From Candidatus Latescibacterota bacterium (lineage in GTDB: Bacteria; Latescibacterota; UBA2968; GCA-2709665), in NCBI GenBank assembly GCA_963667175.2, contig CAXXXF010000010.1, forward strand, positions 1 through 64,000: a stretch of 64,000 bases of DNA, written 5' to 3'. A program made the translations under genes and the position numbers. Positions 52,601 through 63,035 of this stretch are shown piece by piece (the stretch's first letter is position 1; each line of letters starts with the position of its first letter). The notes beneath the pieces are model-generated. The model saw only the letters and a list, made by a program, of their open reading frames with translations, ran no database searches and was not told where the DNA came from.

Positions 52601-53986
52601 CCGGAGCAGGTGCTCACGGATGTAATCCGGGGCAGGATCGAACTGCTGGGGCCCACAACCGCGTCCGCAATCGCATGCGATATGGGCCTGCCCATACAGA
52701 GGATCGACCAGGCGCTCGCCGCGCTCGAGACCGAGGGCTTCGCGATCAGGGGCCACTTCTCGCCGGACCTGCCACCCGACGCGGAAACGGAATGGTGCGA
52801 GCGCCGCCTGCTCGCGCGAATCCACAGATATACGCTCGAAAAGCTGCGCCGGGCAATCAAGCCCATTTCTTCCGCCGATTACGTGCGATTTCTGCTCCGC
52901 TGGCACGGCCTGACGGAAGGCACGCGGAAAGAGGGCGCCGAAGCGCTCAACGACGTTCTGGACCAGCTCGACGGATTTTCCTGCCCGGCCATCGCGTGGG
53001 AGAGCGACGTCCTGCCTTCGCGCATCAAGGACTATGACCATCAATGGCTGGACGCTTGTTGTCTGTCGGGAAAAACCACGTGGGGCCGGTATCTGAGGAC
53101 GCAAAGCGTCAGGGCCGGGAACACCCCCATTCGCACCACGCCGATCACCCTGGTCAACCGGGCCACGTTCGCGGCCTGGCCGTTCCGCCCTTCGGAGTCC
53201 TGTGATCCTGTGCTGACGCCGTCCGCGCAACGGGTGCTCGAATGTCTGGAGGCCGGCGGCGCCCTGTTCTACAGCGACGTCATAGCCCGGTCGAAAATGC
53301 TAAAGAGCGAAGTAGAGAGCGCCATTGCCGAGCTGGTGGCGGCCGGATTGCTCACGTGCGACAGCTTTGCAGGATTACGGGCGCTTCTGATACCCGAGAA
53401 ATTCAAGGTGCGGTCCCGTCGGAACCGGGGGCCCGTCTTCGGCATGGAGCAGGCCGGCCGGTGGTCCGTGATCCGGGCTGAAACCGAAGACCCCGCCGAT
53501 ATCGAACAGTGCGCGCGGATTCTGCTGAAACGTTACGGGGTTGTGTTCCGCCGGGTACTGGCACGGGAGAATGGTATACCGCCGTGGCGCGACCTGGTGC
53601 GGGTATTGAGGCGAATGGAGGACCGGGGGGAGGTACGGGGAGGCCGATTCGTGGAACGATGGGGAGAGCAGTACGCGCTCCCGGAGGCGGTCACCGTCAT
53701 CCGGTCGCTCAAGCGGGAAAAGAAGCGGGGCGAACTCGTGTCGGTCAGCGCCTGCGATCCGGTCAATCTGGTCGGAATCGTGACGCCGGGCAAGCGACTC
53801 CCGGCCACGCCGGGAAACCGGATCCTGTACCGTGACGGGGAACCCGTTGCCAGGTACGAAGGCAAAACTGTTCACTTTGAGACCAAGCTTGACGCCGAAA
53901 CGGCCTGGACGCTGGAGAAGAGCCTGATACGAAAACACGTTCCGCCCAAACTCAGGGAATACCTGGGCAAAATCGCGGTACCTTAA
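49655..53986 (+). CDS. lhr: Lhr-family DEAD/DEAH-box helicase
   Basis: APTGSGKT, SPLKALSND, DEIH, SAT, HHGS and QRVGRSGH motifs; C-terminal HTH_42-like region (RRMEDRGEVRGGRF). Confidence 0.92.
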   Translation: MSVENFHPAVGQWFNQNFSGPSEIQSLAWPEIGNRRDVLLSAPTGSGKTLAAFLAVLNDLFERCLDGTLEDRTQVVYVSPLKALSNDIHRNLQLPLKGIKALLEQNGCPDVDVRAMVRTGDTPSAERAKMVRTPPHVLVTTPESLYLLLTSNGGREMLSDAGTLIVDEIHAVAGNKRGAHLSISMERLARLSRNPLHRIGISATQKPIDRMARYLTGGAESCAVLNIGHKRELELEIELPESPLTAVMANEVWEEIHQSLESTIAQHQTTLIFVPTRAMTERLSHHLSERLGPEVVSAHHGSMSREKRLDAETRLKAGALRALVATGSLELGIDVGSIDLVVQIGSPKAIATLLQRVGRSGHTLEGTPRGKLVPLTRDELVEAVALLDSVRRGELDSLPLPRKPLDVLAQQVVAEVACEDNTADALYDLVRKSFIYRDLSREEFNGVIQMLVDGFTFRRGTRRSYLHFNPVTQTLRAKKGARLNATVSGGTIPDQFDYDVRLEPSGVQIGSVHEDFAVESLPGDIFQLGTASWRILKVETGKVRVEDADGLPPTMPFWIGEAPGRSAELSTAVSRIREEVSARIDLDELDDDGSGEWKRDAAAWLTDDVGTTSEAADQVVTYLAATKASLDLVPSQKHIVLERFFDEVGDQHLVIHSVFGNRLNRAWGLALRKRFCRKFNFELQAAANEESLVLSLGPTHSFPLKEVVDYLNDRTVREVLVQALLDAPMFQARWRWNASTALAVLRRRGGERVPPQIQRSDAEDLLALIFPDQLACLENIPGDREAPDHPLVYQTIHDCLHEAMDVDALEGLLQRIHTGEIDVSARDLREPSPMSESILNARPYAFLDDAPLEERRVQAVRTRRRLEPEDARKLGKLEKGAIEAVQAEAWPAVTDADELYDVLVMHGFLTDREISEGGDRTWRPFLSSLVESGQAAPVERANGPKLWIAVERIPQLKVLYAEAVKGSETAVHDSIREFSSEDPEQVLTDVIRGRIELLGPTTASAIACDMGLPIQRIDQALAALETEGFAIRGHFSPDLPPDAETEWCERRLLARIHRYTLEKLRRAIKPISSADYVRFLLRWHGLTEGTRKEGAEALNDVLDQLDGFSCPAIAWESDVLPSRIKDYDHQWLDACCLSGKTTWGRYLRTQSVRAGNTPIRTTPITLVNRATFAAWPFRPSESCDPVLTPSAQRVLECLEAGGALFYSDVIARSKMLKSEVESAIAELVAAGLLTCDSFAGLRALLIPEKFKVRSRRNRGPVFGMEQAGRWSVIRAETEDPADIEQCARILLKRYGVVFRRVLARENGIPPWRDLVRVLRRMEDRGEVRGGRFVERWGEQYALPEAVTVIRSLKREKKRGELVSVSACDPVNLVGIVTPGKRLPATPGNRILYRDGEPVARYEGKTVHFETKLDAETAWTLEKSLIRKHVPPKLREYLGKIAVP

Positions 53987-54317
53987 GGCGCTATCGTCTA
54001 CTCGGAAAACAACGTTACAAACCACGAAACTCGCGAAAAATAACGAATAAACCGTGGCTGAAATCAACTGCCACAAGAGGCGCAAAACCACATTATTGTA
54101 CGTCAGCCTGGCAATGCGACGATTTTCATCACGATGTGCGCCCCAAAGGGGCAATGACAACTGTATTTCGATCTTCCGTAAGACGCCCTCGAGCGAATCG
54201 TTGGTTCAGACGTCATGCCGCGGGCGGATTGCGAAAAGTCGATTTCTTTGGGCGGAAAACAACAAATCCCTTATATTAAGAAAAATATGTGTGGCAATTC
54301 ACGATACTTGAGCCTAC

Positions 54318-54860
54318 ATGCGAAACCGTAAACCGAGGGCTGCCGATTTCGTTCGTCTCCGGGGCTGTGTACGACCCGCAACCGCACATGAGACGCGCGA
54401 GCGCGCGGAACGCGGTCGCGAGTGGAAGCGGCTCAGAGAACAGGGCGTTTGCCATACCTGTCACTACATCGCCGGAGGAGAAGCAACGTCGAACTCGGAC
54501 GGCGCACTGTTGTTCGAAAACGACCGCTGTTTCGCGATCCTCGAGCAATACCCGCGTGGACTTGGCCACACGATCCTCATCGCCAAACCCCACGTCCCGG
54601 ACATCGCCGGGCTCTCGGACGAGTTCGGGTCGGAATTGATGACGGTCATGCTCCAACTGACCCGTGCTCTGAAATCGGTTACCGGCTGCGACAAGGTCTA
54701 TCAGGTCACCATGTGTTCCGGGCCGCTGTCCCATCTCCACTTTCAGCTGATACCGAGGCTCCCCGGCGAACCGATCGGCGGCGGCGTCTTCTCGAGCGAA
54801 CGCAAATATCTGGCTTCTCCGGGACCGCTGGCGGACGCCGTCAGGGCGGCGTTCGACTGA
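54318..54860 (+). CDS. HIT family protein
   Basis: CxxC, P…GHT and SHLHFQLIPR motifs. Confidence 0.85.
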   Translation: MRNRKPRAADFVRLRGCVRPATAHETRERAERGREWKRLREQGVCHTCHYIAGGEATSNSDGALLFENDRCFAILEQYPRGLGHTILIAKPHVPDIAGLSDEFGSELMTVMLQLTRALKSVTGCDKVYQVTMCSGPLSHLHFQLIPRLPGEPIGGGVFSSERKYLASPGPLADAVRAAFD

Positions 54861-55049
54861 GCGGAGGGTCGTGAACGTAACGTGACGCAAGTATAATCAG
54901 CAAGCCCGACGGCGGGAGATTTCAAGAAAACAGCGCGCCGCTGACTCCCACGGAACCGGGTCAAAATTGAGACTCGCAGGATTTTCCCATTATCGTCCAT
55001 TCTCCACGTACAAGCCGCAGAACCGCCTTCAAACGCAAGGAGTGAACGT

Positions 55050-57932
55050 ATGTCATCCGTAAGATCCGCATTGACCCTTCTGCTATGCTTCGTCACGCCT
55101 GCCTTCGCCCAGGGCGCGGGTTCCATCAAGGGAGAGATCACCGGTGACGACGGGGCCCCTCTTTTCGGCGCCAACGTCATCGTCCAGGGTTCCGCGCTTT
55201 CCGGTCCACTGACCGTGGTGTCGGACGAGAACGGGAAGTACGAGGCCGGGAATCTCCCGGACGGCGTCTATGAAGTTTCGGTATCATTTGTCGGATACGA
55301 GACCGCCACCCGAAGCAACGTTCGCATTTCCGACGGCGGCGAGGTCAATCTGGACGTCAGCCTCGCGGTCGAGGTCCTCCACGGTGACCAGATCGTTGTC
55401 TCCGCGTCCCGCCGGCCCGAGAAAGTCCTGGATGCGCCGGCATCGGTCTCGGTTGTCGGGACCGATGACGTCAACGCTCAGCGCGGATTGAGCACCGCGA
55501 ATTACATCGTGGGGCTTGCGGGCGTGGACAACGCGCAGACCGGACTGTTCCAGGGCAATACCGTGGCGCGCGGCTTCAACAACGTCTTCTCCGGCACGCT
55601 GCTTACCCTGGTGGACAACCGAATTTCACGCGTGCCTTCCCTGCGATTCAACGCGCATCACTTCATTCCCATTACGAACCACGACGTCGACCGGGTCGAG
55701 GTCGTCCTTGGCCCCGGGTCCGCGCTTTACGGTCCCAACAGCGCAAACGGCGTGATGCACGTCATCACCCGGTCGCCCTTCGGCTCCGAAGGCACCTCCG
55801 TGAGCGTCATGGGCGGCGAACGCGACCTGCGGAAACTCTCCTTCCGCCACGCCGCCACGACGGACAAAGTGGGCGTCAAACTCTCCGGTCAGTACTTTTC
55901 CGGAACGGACTGGGAATTCGAAGACCCGGAAGAGGTGCGGCTGCGCGGCAGGAATCCCAGAGACTACGACACGAACCGCATCAGCGGGGAACTGCGACTC
56001 GACGTTCGTCCAACCGAGGAGTTCACGGCCATTTTTTCCACCGGCTTCGCCCGGATCAACAGCATTGAAATGACCGGCATCGGCGCGGGTCAGGCCGACG
56101 GGTGGACCAATTTCTCCCTCCAGGGTCGGCTGCTCTTCAAGGACGTCTTCATTCAGGCCTTTCACAACGGCAGCGACGCCCGGGACACCAAGCTTCTGCG
56201 GACCAATGAACCCATCGTGGACAAGTCCTCCTTTACGGTCCTTCAGGCCCAGCACAGCCTGAGCTTCGGCGGCCGAAACCGGATTACCTACGGCGTAGAC
56301 GGTCTGTTCACCCGCCCGAATACCGGAGGGACCATAACCGGTTCCAATGAAACCCGAGACAATATCGACGAATACGGGGTTTACGCGCAAGGGGAGAGCA
56401 CGCTTAACGAGTATCTGACCCTGGTGGCGGCCGCCCGGTACGACGACCACAACCACGTTGACGAGCGCGTTTTCTCGCCAAGGGCCGCCGTCGTTGTCAA
56501 ACCCCACCCTCTGCAGACCTTCCGGCTGACGTATAACCGGGCGTTCAGCACGCCTTCCACAAGCAACTTCTTTCTGGACATTGCCCAGGCCAGAGACGCG
56601 TTCGGCACCGGTCGTGGCTTTCAACCGGTTCTGGGATTCAGCCCCAGTTTCGACGTCCGTGCGCAGGGCACTGAGGATGGATTTACATGGAGCCGGGACG
56701 CCGGGGGCGTTCCCACTTTCCGTTCGCCATTCGCCCAGGTCACCGGCCTGTCGCCTTCACACCAGATCGGGATGAACGACGCGAGGTTCAGCAACGTCAT
56801 GTGGGGAATCGGTCGAAGCGCCGTCATGGCCGCCGCGCTTCCATCCCTGAAGCAACTTGCAGCGGCAGTGATTTCGGGACAGCTCGCTGCCGCAGGGGTT
56901 CCGGCGGAACAGATTCCGGCCATGGCGGCCCAGCAGGCGGAGGGACTGGCAGTCGCGTTTCAGAATCTCATACCGAAGACCCTGCCGGGCCTCCGGAATA
57001 CCCTCCGGGTTCTGAATCCATCGACGGGCGCCTTCGATCCGGTACCCGACCTGGGCGCTTCGACCATACGCGATATTGACAAAATCAGACCCACGATTAC
57101 GGAAACCTACGAGGTGGGCTACAAGGGCGTCTTCGGCAACCGGTTCGCCATTTCGGCGGACGTGTACCGTACCCGCACCCACGACTTCGTGGCGCCATTG
57201 CGCGTGGAAACGCCGAACGTCTTCCTGGATCCGGACGCGCTCGCGGCCTCGCTGTCCGCCGCTCTCACCCAGGCCCTGCAGGACCCCTCAGCGGCGCTTC
57301 TGGCCGCAGCCCTCGGCGTCCTCGACGCGCCGGAACAGGGCGGCAACGGCAATAACACGCCGATAGATGAAATCACCCGACTCTTCGTGGCCGGCACAAA
57401 TGACAACGGCGCGTCCTTCATCCCCTTCGGCACCGTTTCACCCCTGCAAGCTTCCGACCCCCACGCGGTCATGTTGACCTATCGTAACTTCGGCGACGTG
57501 GATTTCTACGGCTTCGACGTCAGCTTTGCATACTACGCCGACGAAACGTGGACCTTCTCGGGCAGTTACTCACACGTCAACAAGGACCTCTTCAAGAATC
57601 TGGCCGGCATTGCGGATATCGCGCTCAACGCGCCTCGAAACAAATTCACCCTGGGCGCGAAGGCCAATATGCAGGATGCCGGGGTCCGGATCGGATTCCG
57701 CCTGCGCGGACGCAGCGGATTCCCGATGAACTCCGGCGTCTACATCGGCGACGTCAAGTCCTCCCTGATCTTCGATGCCAACGTGAGGTACGAACTGCCG
57801 TCCATGATCACGGACGGGACCGTCGCGCTCGTCGTGAACGCTACCAATATGTTCAACCAGAAGCATCGCGAATTCGTCGGCGCTCCCGAGATCGGCCGCC
57901 TCCTTTCGGTCGGCCTGACGGCCGATTTTTAG
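55050..57932 (+). CDS. TonB-dependent receptor with N-terminal carboxypeptidase-regulatory-like domain
   Basis: Signal peptide, VVSASR plug, RVEVVLGPGSALYG motif, C-terminal Phe; AAGGAG RBS. Confidence 0.92.
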   Translation: MSSVRSALTLLLCFVTPAFAQGAGSIKGEITGDDGAPLFGANVIVQGSALSGPLTVVSDENGKYEAGNLPDGVYEVSVSFVGYETATRSNVRISDGGEVNLDVSLAVEVLHGDQIVVSASRRPEKVLDAPASVSVVGTDDVNAQRGLSTANYIVGLAGVDNAQTGLFQGNTVARGFNNVFSGTLLTLVDNRISRVPSLRFNAHHFIPITNHDVDRVEVVLGPGSALYGPNSANGVMHVITRSPFGSEGTSVSVMGGERDLRKLSFRHAATTDKVGVKLSGQYFSGTDWEFEDPEEVRLRGRNPRDYDTNRISGELRLDVRPTEEFTAIFSTGFARINSIEMTGIGAGQADGWTNFSLQGRLLFKDVFIQAFHNGSDARDTKLLRTNEPIVDKSSFTVLQAQHSLSFGGRNRITYGVDGLFTRPNTGGTITGSNETRDNIDEYGVYAQGESTLNEYLTLVAAARYDDHNHVDERVFSPRAAVVVKPHPLQTFRLTYNRAFSTPSTSNFFLDIAQARDAFGTGRGFQPVLGFSPSFDVRAQGTEDGFTWSRDAGGVPTFRSPFAQVTGLSPSHQIGMNDARFSNVMWGIGRSAVMAAALPSLKQLAAAVISGQLAAAGVPAEQIPAMAAQQAEGLAVAFQNLIPKTLPGLRNTLRVLNPSTGAFDPVPDLGASTIRDIDKIRPTITETYEVGYKGVFGNRFAISADVYRTRTHDFVAPLRVETPNVFLDPDALAASLSAALTQALQDPSAALLAAALGVLDAPEQGGNGNNTPIDEITRLFVAGTNDNGASFIPFGTVSPLQASDPHAVMLTYRNFGDVDFYGFDVSFAYYADETWTFSGSYSHVNKDLFKNLAGIADIALNAPRNKFTLGAKANMQDAGVRIGFRLRGRSGFPMNSGVYIGDVKSSLIFDANVRYELPSMITDGTVALVVNATNMFNQKHREFVGAPEIGRLLSVGLTADF

Positions 57933-58007
57933 GCGATAGGGATTCAGCTCTCATCAGGCGGTTAGCGATACGGCCAGGCGAGATCGTTCAGAGATGGTTT
58001 TTTCAAC

Positions 58008-58116
58008 GTAGGGGCGACCGGCCGGTCGCCCCTACAAATTTAACCGCGGCGATGTCAGGCGTTTTTTACACGCTCGATCCGCATTCGTAGGGGGCGACCC
58101 TTTTGGTCGCCCCCAC
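58008..58116. repeat. Pair of GTAG-type REPs
   Basis: GTAGGGGCGACCGGCCGGTCGCCCCTAC (58008-58035) and GTAGGGGGCGACC..GGTCGCCCCCAC (58087-58116). Confidence 0.85.
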
Positions 58117-58141
58117 GCAGTTCGGAAGGGTTCACGCGCTC

Positions 58142-59422
58142 TTGAACAGAATTGACAAAAAGACCATCGCGTCCTGGGCAATGTACGATTTTGCCAACTC
58201 CGCCTTCACCACCCTCGTGGTTACCTTCATCTATTCCACGTACTTTGTAAAATCCGTCGCGCCAGACGAAATCATCGGTACCACGCTTTGGTCCCGAGGC
58301 ATTACGTTCTCCGCGCTGGCCGTTGCTTTGTTCTCGCCTTTTGCGGGCGCCCTGGCGGACCGGGGCGGGTACCGGAAGGGTTTCCTTCTCATCGCTACGG
58401 TGACTGCAGTCACCGCTACCGCCGGTCTCTACACGGCCCTCCCGGGACAGGTTGTCAAGGCTCTGATCTGGTTCGTCGTGGCGAATTTCGCCTTTGATAT
58501 GGGAGGCGTCTTCTATAACGCGTTTCTTCCTGACGTCGCGCCGCGGAAATACATCGGTCGTGTCTCGGGGTACGGCTGGGGCCTGGGGTATATCGGCGGC
58601 CTGATGGCCATGGGCGTCGCCATGGTCGGATTCGTCAGTCCCGAAACCCCGTGGTTCGGTTTCACAAAGGAGGCCGGCGTCAACATCCGCGCAACCAATC
58701 TGCTGGTTGCCGCGTGGTTCGCCGTATTCAGCATTCCCATCTTCCTCTGGGTCAGAGAAAAGAAGGCCCCCGTCACTCAAGTACGGGGACTCCTGGCTTC
58801 CACCTATCGCCAGCTCGTCCGGACGTTCCGGGAGGCCAGGCAATATAAGGAAATCCTCAAGTTGCTTATCGCCCGCCTGGTTTATAACGACGGACTCATC
58901 ACCATCTTCGCGTTCGGCGGCATTTACGCGGCGAGCGTCTTCGGTTTCACCTTTACCGAAATCATGGTCTTCGGAATTGTCCTGAACGTCGCGGCTGGAA
59001 TCGGCGCTTTTGCAATGGGTTTCATGGACGATCTATTGGGCGGCAAACGCACCATTCAGGTCAGCCTCGTGTTTCTCTTCCTCGCGACGCTGCTGGCCGT
59101 ATTCACCCACAGCAAGACCGTCTTCTGGATTTCCGGCATCATGGCCGGGTTTTTTGCGGGTCCGAACCAGTCGGCCAGCCGTTCGCTACTGGGTCGATTC
59201 GTTCCGAGGGAGAAGGAAAACGAGTTTTTCGGTCTATTCGCATTTTCGGGAAAAGCCACGGCCTTCCTCGGTCCTCTCGCCCTGGGCGAACTCACTCGCG
59301 TCTTTCAGTCCCAGCGCGCGGGCATCTCGATCGTCGCCGTGCTTTTCGCGGCCGGCGGCGTGATTCTGAGGTGGGTCGACGAAAAGGAAGGCGTCCGCGC
59401 CGCCGGCCGGCCCGACCATTGA
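58142..59422 (+). CDS. MFS transporter (ATG22/UMF1-like)
   Basis: WAMYDFANS, FYNAFLP, SGYGWGLGYIGG and QSASRS motifs. Confidence 0.88.
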   Translation: MNRIDKKTIASWAMYDFANSAFTTLVVTFIYSTYFVKSVAPDEIIGTTLWSRGITFSALAVALFSPFAGALADRGGYRKGFLLIATVTAVTATAGLYTALPGQVVKALIWFVVANFAFDMGGVFYNAFLPDVAPRKYIGRVSGYGWGLGYIGGLMAMGVAMVGFVSPETPWFGFTKEAGVNIRATNLLVAAWFAVFSIPIFLWVREKKAPVTQVRGLLASTYRQLVRTFREARQYKEILKLLIARLVYNDGLITIFAFGGIYAASVFGFTFTEIMVFGIVLNVAAGIGAFAMGFMDDLLGGKRTIQVSLVFLFLATLLAVFTHSKTVFWISGIMAGFFAGPNQSASRSLLGRFVPREKENEFFGLFAFSGKATAFLGPLALGELTRVFQSQRAGISIVAVLFAAGGVILRWVDEKEGVRAAGRPDH

Positions 59423-59434
59423 ATCGAAATCAAA

Positions 59435-59458
59435 AGGGGCAACGCGTGCGTTGCCCCT
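59435..59458. repeat. REP-like palindrome between convergent genes
   Basis: AGGGGCAACGC-GT-GCGTTGCCCCT. Confidence 0.7.
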
Positions 59459-59533
59459 GCGAAGCAGAGGGCAATCCATCTGACGCGATACGCGGCGCTT
59501 CCCATCGCCAATGACGAATCCGTCGGGGAACCC

Positions 59534-60364
59534 TTATTCCGGCGCCACCGCCCATGCCGTCACGTGGGGCGGGAGCATGAACGCGCGTTTTGTCGCCACC
59601 ACCTCGTTTCGCAGCCTGTCTGACAGCGTATCCAGATCGACCTTCTCGGCGGTTGCGATCCCGAACTCTTCGATCAGCGGAACAAGGCTGCGAAATGCTT
59701 CCACGACGAACTGGTACCCCGGCCAGTCCTCCGGCCCTCCAACCGGCGCAGCGAGATCCATCGCCGGCGCCGGCAGTCCCGCGTCTACAAACGCGCCGTA
59801 CAGGTTGAGTCCCATCTCAGTGTGGGCGCCGGATCGTTCGAATACCGCGATGGCCCATTCGATCAGGTCGTTCGCCACCGGCGTGTCGGACCGCTTGTGA
59901 TAGTAGCTGAAATCGGCCTCCTGGAACGCCACGATCCCACCCGGGCGCAGCCGGGTTGTCAACTGTCTCAGGGCTTCCGCGGGGTCGCCCATATACATCA
60001 GCACCAGCCTGCCGACAAGCGCGTCAAAGTCGCTTCCCACGTCCAGGGTCCGCGCGTCGCCCGTCCTGAATTCGACGTTCGAGAAGCCCGCGCCGCGCGC
60101 CCGTTCCCGCGCGGTGTCGATAATGGCCGGATTGACGTCCACGCCCACGACTTTTCCAGCGGGTCCGACCAGATCGGCCGCCGTCATGGAGACGTCGCCG
60201 GGGCCGCAGCCGATATCGAGCACCTTCATCCCCGTCCCTACGCCCGCTTCATTCAAGAAACGTCGGGTGATGGCGTCGTACAGCTGCGACTGATGAATCA
60301 ACCGCTCCTCTTCCCCCTTGCTGCGCCCCATCGTGTATCTCGGGTCGCTGTTACGTTCGGTCAT
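59534..60364 (-). CDS. Class I SAM-dependent methyltransferase
   Basis: VLDIGCGPG, FDALVGR and LRPGG motifs. Confidence 0.9.
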   Translation of the reverse strand: MTERNSDPRYTMGRSKGEEERLIHQSQLYDAITRRFLNEAGVGTGMKVLDIGCGPGDVSMTAADLVGPAGKVVGVDVNPAIIDTARERARGAGFSNVEFRTGDARTLDVGSDFDALVGRLVLMYMGDPAEALRQLTTRLRPGGIVAFQEADFSYYHKRSDTPVANDLIEWAIAVFERSGAHTEMGLNLYGAFVDAGLPAPAMDLAAPVGGPEDWPGYQFVVEAFRSLVPLIEEFGIATAEKVDLDTLSDRLRNEVVATKRAFMLPPHVTAWAVAPE

Positions 60365-61302
60365 AAGGCTCCTCCATAGGCGGGTTTTCTGGTTTTTTCG
60401 ACCGGATTTTGCGGTTTCCGTAAATTGCGGTCCGGGAGTTCCACGTATTCGATTTCGAGCGGCTGCTTGATGCGTCGCTTCAGTTCCAGGAGATCCGGCC
60501 GTCCATCCGGAAGATCCTTGATCATCTCGCCATCCGGATAAATGGTGGCGGTTGTGGTCTTTCCCATGAACCCCTTCTTCGACGTCGCGCGGACAATCTG
60601 AAGACCGTCGTTCGACGTCGTCATGCGTGTGTGAACGAACCGCGCATTGCCGATGATGCGAAAAATAAACCCCAACAAGCCTGTGGTCGGGCGCCCCCGG
60701 ATTCCGCTAATCCTGTCGCATGCAAACCAATCTCCAAGATCCAACAATCGATAGGACATCGATCGATGATTGGTCACCTTGAGATGGGGCGTCGAGAGCG
60801 TATCCAGGAAGGTATACCGGTCAGGCGCTCCAGGCTGGTTCTCCCACCAGATGCGGACGTTCAACGCAAACCTGGGCTCCGGACCCTCGATTACTTTTCT
60901 TATAATCCGGTCCCTTCGATATTCCACTTCCATATTCTGTTTGTGTTCAAAGGCCAGCCGCGCGTACAGCGGCATTTCGTCGTCCGTGAGTCCGGTCGCC
61001 GCCATAAACGCCCGAAACCAATCCTCCGAATCGATAAACAGCGGCCCTCCACGCGGGTCACGCTCCCACGCCAGACGCGAAAGACGGAAGATCACCTCCC
61101 ATTGGAACCGGGCGCCGTTCGTCGTCGCCGTCGGGTCGTAATCGCCAGCCTGGCGCATCGCGTCCAGTATTTCCTTCCGGCTTACGATCTGGTACGCCGG
61201 TCCGGAAGCGCGCACTTCGCCACGCGTCGGCTGATTCGGCGAAAATAAACAGACGAGGACGGTTGCCAGGTTCAGTCCCCGAATGTACCGGCGTCTCGTC
61301 AT
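60361..61302 (-). CDS. Hypothetical exported protein
   Basis: Long ORF with signal-peptide-like start; its stop overlaps the methyltransferase start. True start uncertain (61302 or 61335). Confidence 0.6.
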   Translation of the reverse strand: MTRRRYIRGLNLATVLVCLFSPNQPTRGEVRASGPAYQIVSRKEILDAMRQAGDYDPTATTNGARFQWEVIFRLSRLAWERDPRGGPLFIDSEDWFRAFMAATGLTDDEMPLYARLAFEHKQNMEVEYRRDRIIRKVIEGPEPRFALNVRIWWENQPGAPDRYTFLDTLSTPHLKVTNHRSMSYRLLDLGDWFACDRISGIRGRPTTGLLGFIFRIIGNARFVHTRMTTSNDGLQIVRATSKKGFMGKTTTATIYPDGEMIKDLPDGRPDLLELKRRIKQPLEIEYVELPDRNLRKPQNPVEKTRKPAYGGAL

Positions 61303-61777
61303 ATCGACAATGGATTGGCCTGACGGTCCGATCAAGTGCTCGCCCGCGCTACTTTGACCCGTGTTCGACCGTCACGGGACGTGGACGCGCGAGGACGATT
61401 CGCAGGATTCGGTGGCCCTGCTCCACCTCGCAATTTGACGGCGTCCTGGCGCGACGAGGCTCTTCGTGTGCTATCTTGCAATATAAAGGGCGTCTGAAAT
61501 GTTGTCAAGGTGTGGCAAGCTTAACGACCGCTGACCTTACCGGCGGCGGCCGACTGGTTCCGGCTTCCCGAAAAACCGTTGACAAGACTGTTGCCGAGGC
61601 GCAATTTGCCGTCGTATATTTCCTGCGGATAGCGCGGGTCTGGCAGCCGGGGGCGCTGTCAGTGTGTTCGTGGATCCTCCGCCGCCAAACCCGTCGTTAA
61701 ACCGGACGTTATTGCAGTTCTACGGTCATTCGTCAGACATTCGACGTAATCGAATCTTCTGAAGGGACAGAAACGAA

Positions 61778-62722
61778 ATGACGGAACTCGTGAGGTACCC
61801 GGACAGCCGGGTCGAAGTGCTCGACGAAAGGTTTGCGAAGTACAAACTTTCAACCGCCGCCATCGAAATGCTCTGGACCGGAGGCCGGTGGCTGGAAGGA
61901 CCGGTGTGGTTCGGGGACGGGCGCTATCTGCTGTTCAGCGATATTCCCAACAACCGCATTCTCAGGTGGGAAGAAGAGACGGGAGACGTCTCGGTGTTCC
62001 GCAAGCCGTCGAACAATACGAACGGCAATACGCGCGACCGACAGGGCCGGCTGGTTTCGTGCGAACACGACGCGCGGCGGGTCACCCGGACGGAATACGA
62101 CGGTTCGATCACGGTTCTGATGGACCGTTTCGAGGGAAAGCCGCTGAACGCGCCGAACGACGTCGCTGTCAGATCGGACGGTTCGATCTGGTTCACGGAC
62201 CCCGGTTACGGCATTCTGATGAACTATGAGGGGCACCGGGCCGAATTCGAGAACGACACCAACGTGTACCGGCTCGATCCGGAAACCGGCGAAGCCACCG
62301 TCGTGGCTTCAGACTTCCAGCGTCCCAACGGCCTGTGCTTCAGCCCCGACGAATCGCTGCTCTACATCGTGGACACCGGACGGTCGGACGGACCCGAATA
62401 CCCCGCCCACGTCCGCGTGTTCGACGTGGATGGCGACCGGATCACGAACGGCCGCGTGTTCGTCAACATGGAACCCGCCTCCGCGGACGGCATCCGAACC
62501 GACGTGGACGGCAACCTGTGGGCCGGCGCCTGCTGGGCGGGCGATGGCGCCGACGGCGTGCACTGCTTCGCGCCCGACGGCGCCCTCATCGGCAAGATCC
62601 ACCTCCCCGCCCCCTGCGCGAACCTCTGCTTCGGCGGGGAAAAGAAGAACAGGCTGTTCATGACCTGCTCCCAATCGCTGTTCTCGGTCTACGTGGAAAC
62701 GGTCGGGGCGCAGGCGCCGTGA
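61778..62722 (+). CDS. SMP-30/gluconolactonase/LRE family protein
   Basis: EGPVW, SDIP, NG, LNAPND, PNGLCFSPD and DG…D..GN motifs. Confidence 0.92.
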   Translation: MTELVRYPDSRVEVLDERFAKYKLSTAAIEMLWTGGRWLEGPVWFGDGRYLLFSDIPNNRILRWEEETGDVSVFRKPSNNTNGNTRDRQGRLVSCEHDARRVTRTEYDGSITVLMDRFEGKPLNAPNDVAVRSDGSIWFTDPGYGILMNYEGHRAEFENDTNVYRLDPETGEATVVASDFQRPNGLCFSPDESLLYIVDTGRSDGPEYPAHVRVFDVDGDRITNGRVFVNMEPASADGIRTDVDGNLWAGACWAGDGADGVHCFAPDGALIGKIHLPAPCANLCFGGEKKNRLFMTCSQSLFSVYVETVGAQAP

Positions 62723-63035
62723 GGCGGGGGAAGCACGGAGAAAGGATAGGGAAATCAGCGAGGGAGATGTGGCGAGAACGACCGAAGATTGCGCACCACC
62801 AAAAAAGGAGCCGTCCATTGAGGAAATGGGCGGCTGTTTGAGTTGGACAATGACACTGGATTGCCGAAACGCCGACAACTTGCGTGAATTAAAATCCGTA
62901 CCTTCAATCGCAGTCGGCAAACAAAGGTCCTTACCAGACCAACAGAAGTTCCACTCGCCAATTGGCGGCTTGCTGGCATGTAAAATGTGGACTCAGCGAA
63001 GCAATGGAATAATTCGTACTTGAAGCGAGGTGAAT

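Noticed and set aside
54861-55049. Cobalamin or TPP riboswitch upstream of the TonB-dependent receptor
   Set aside because: No recognisable B12-box or TPP consensus; only a TATAAT-like element near 54892.
62755-63023. Small ORFs between gluconolactonase and the SDH protease
   Set aside because: Overlapping candidates on both strands with no motif or clear RBS; none can be supported.
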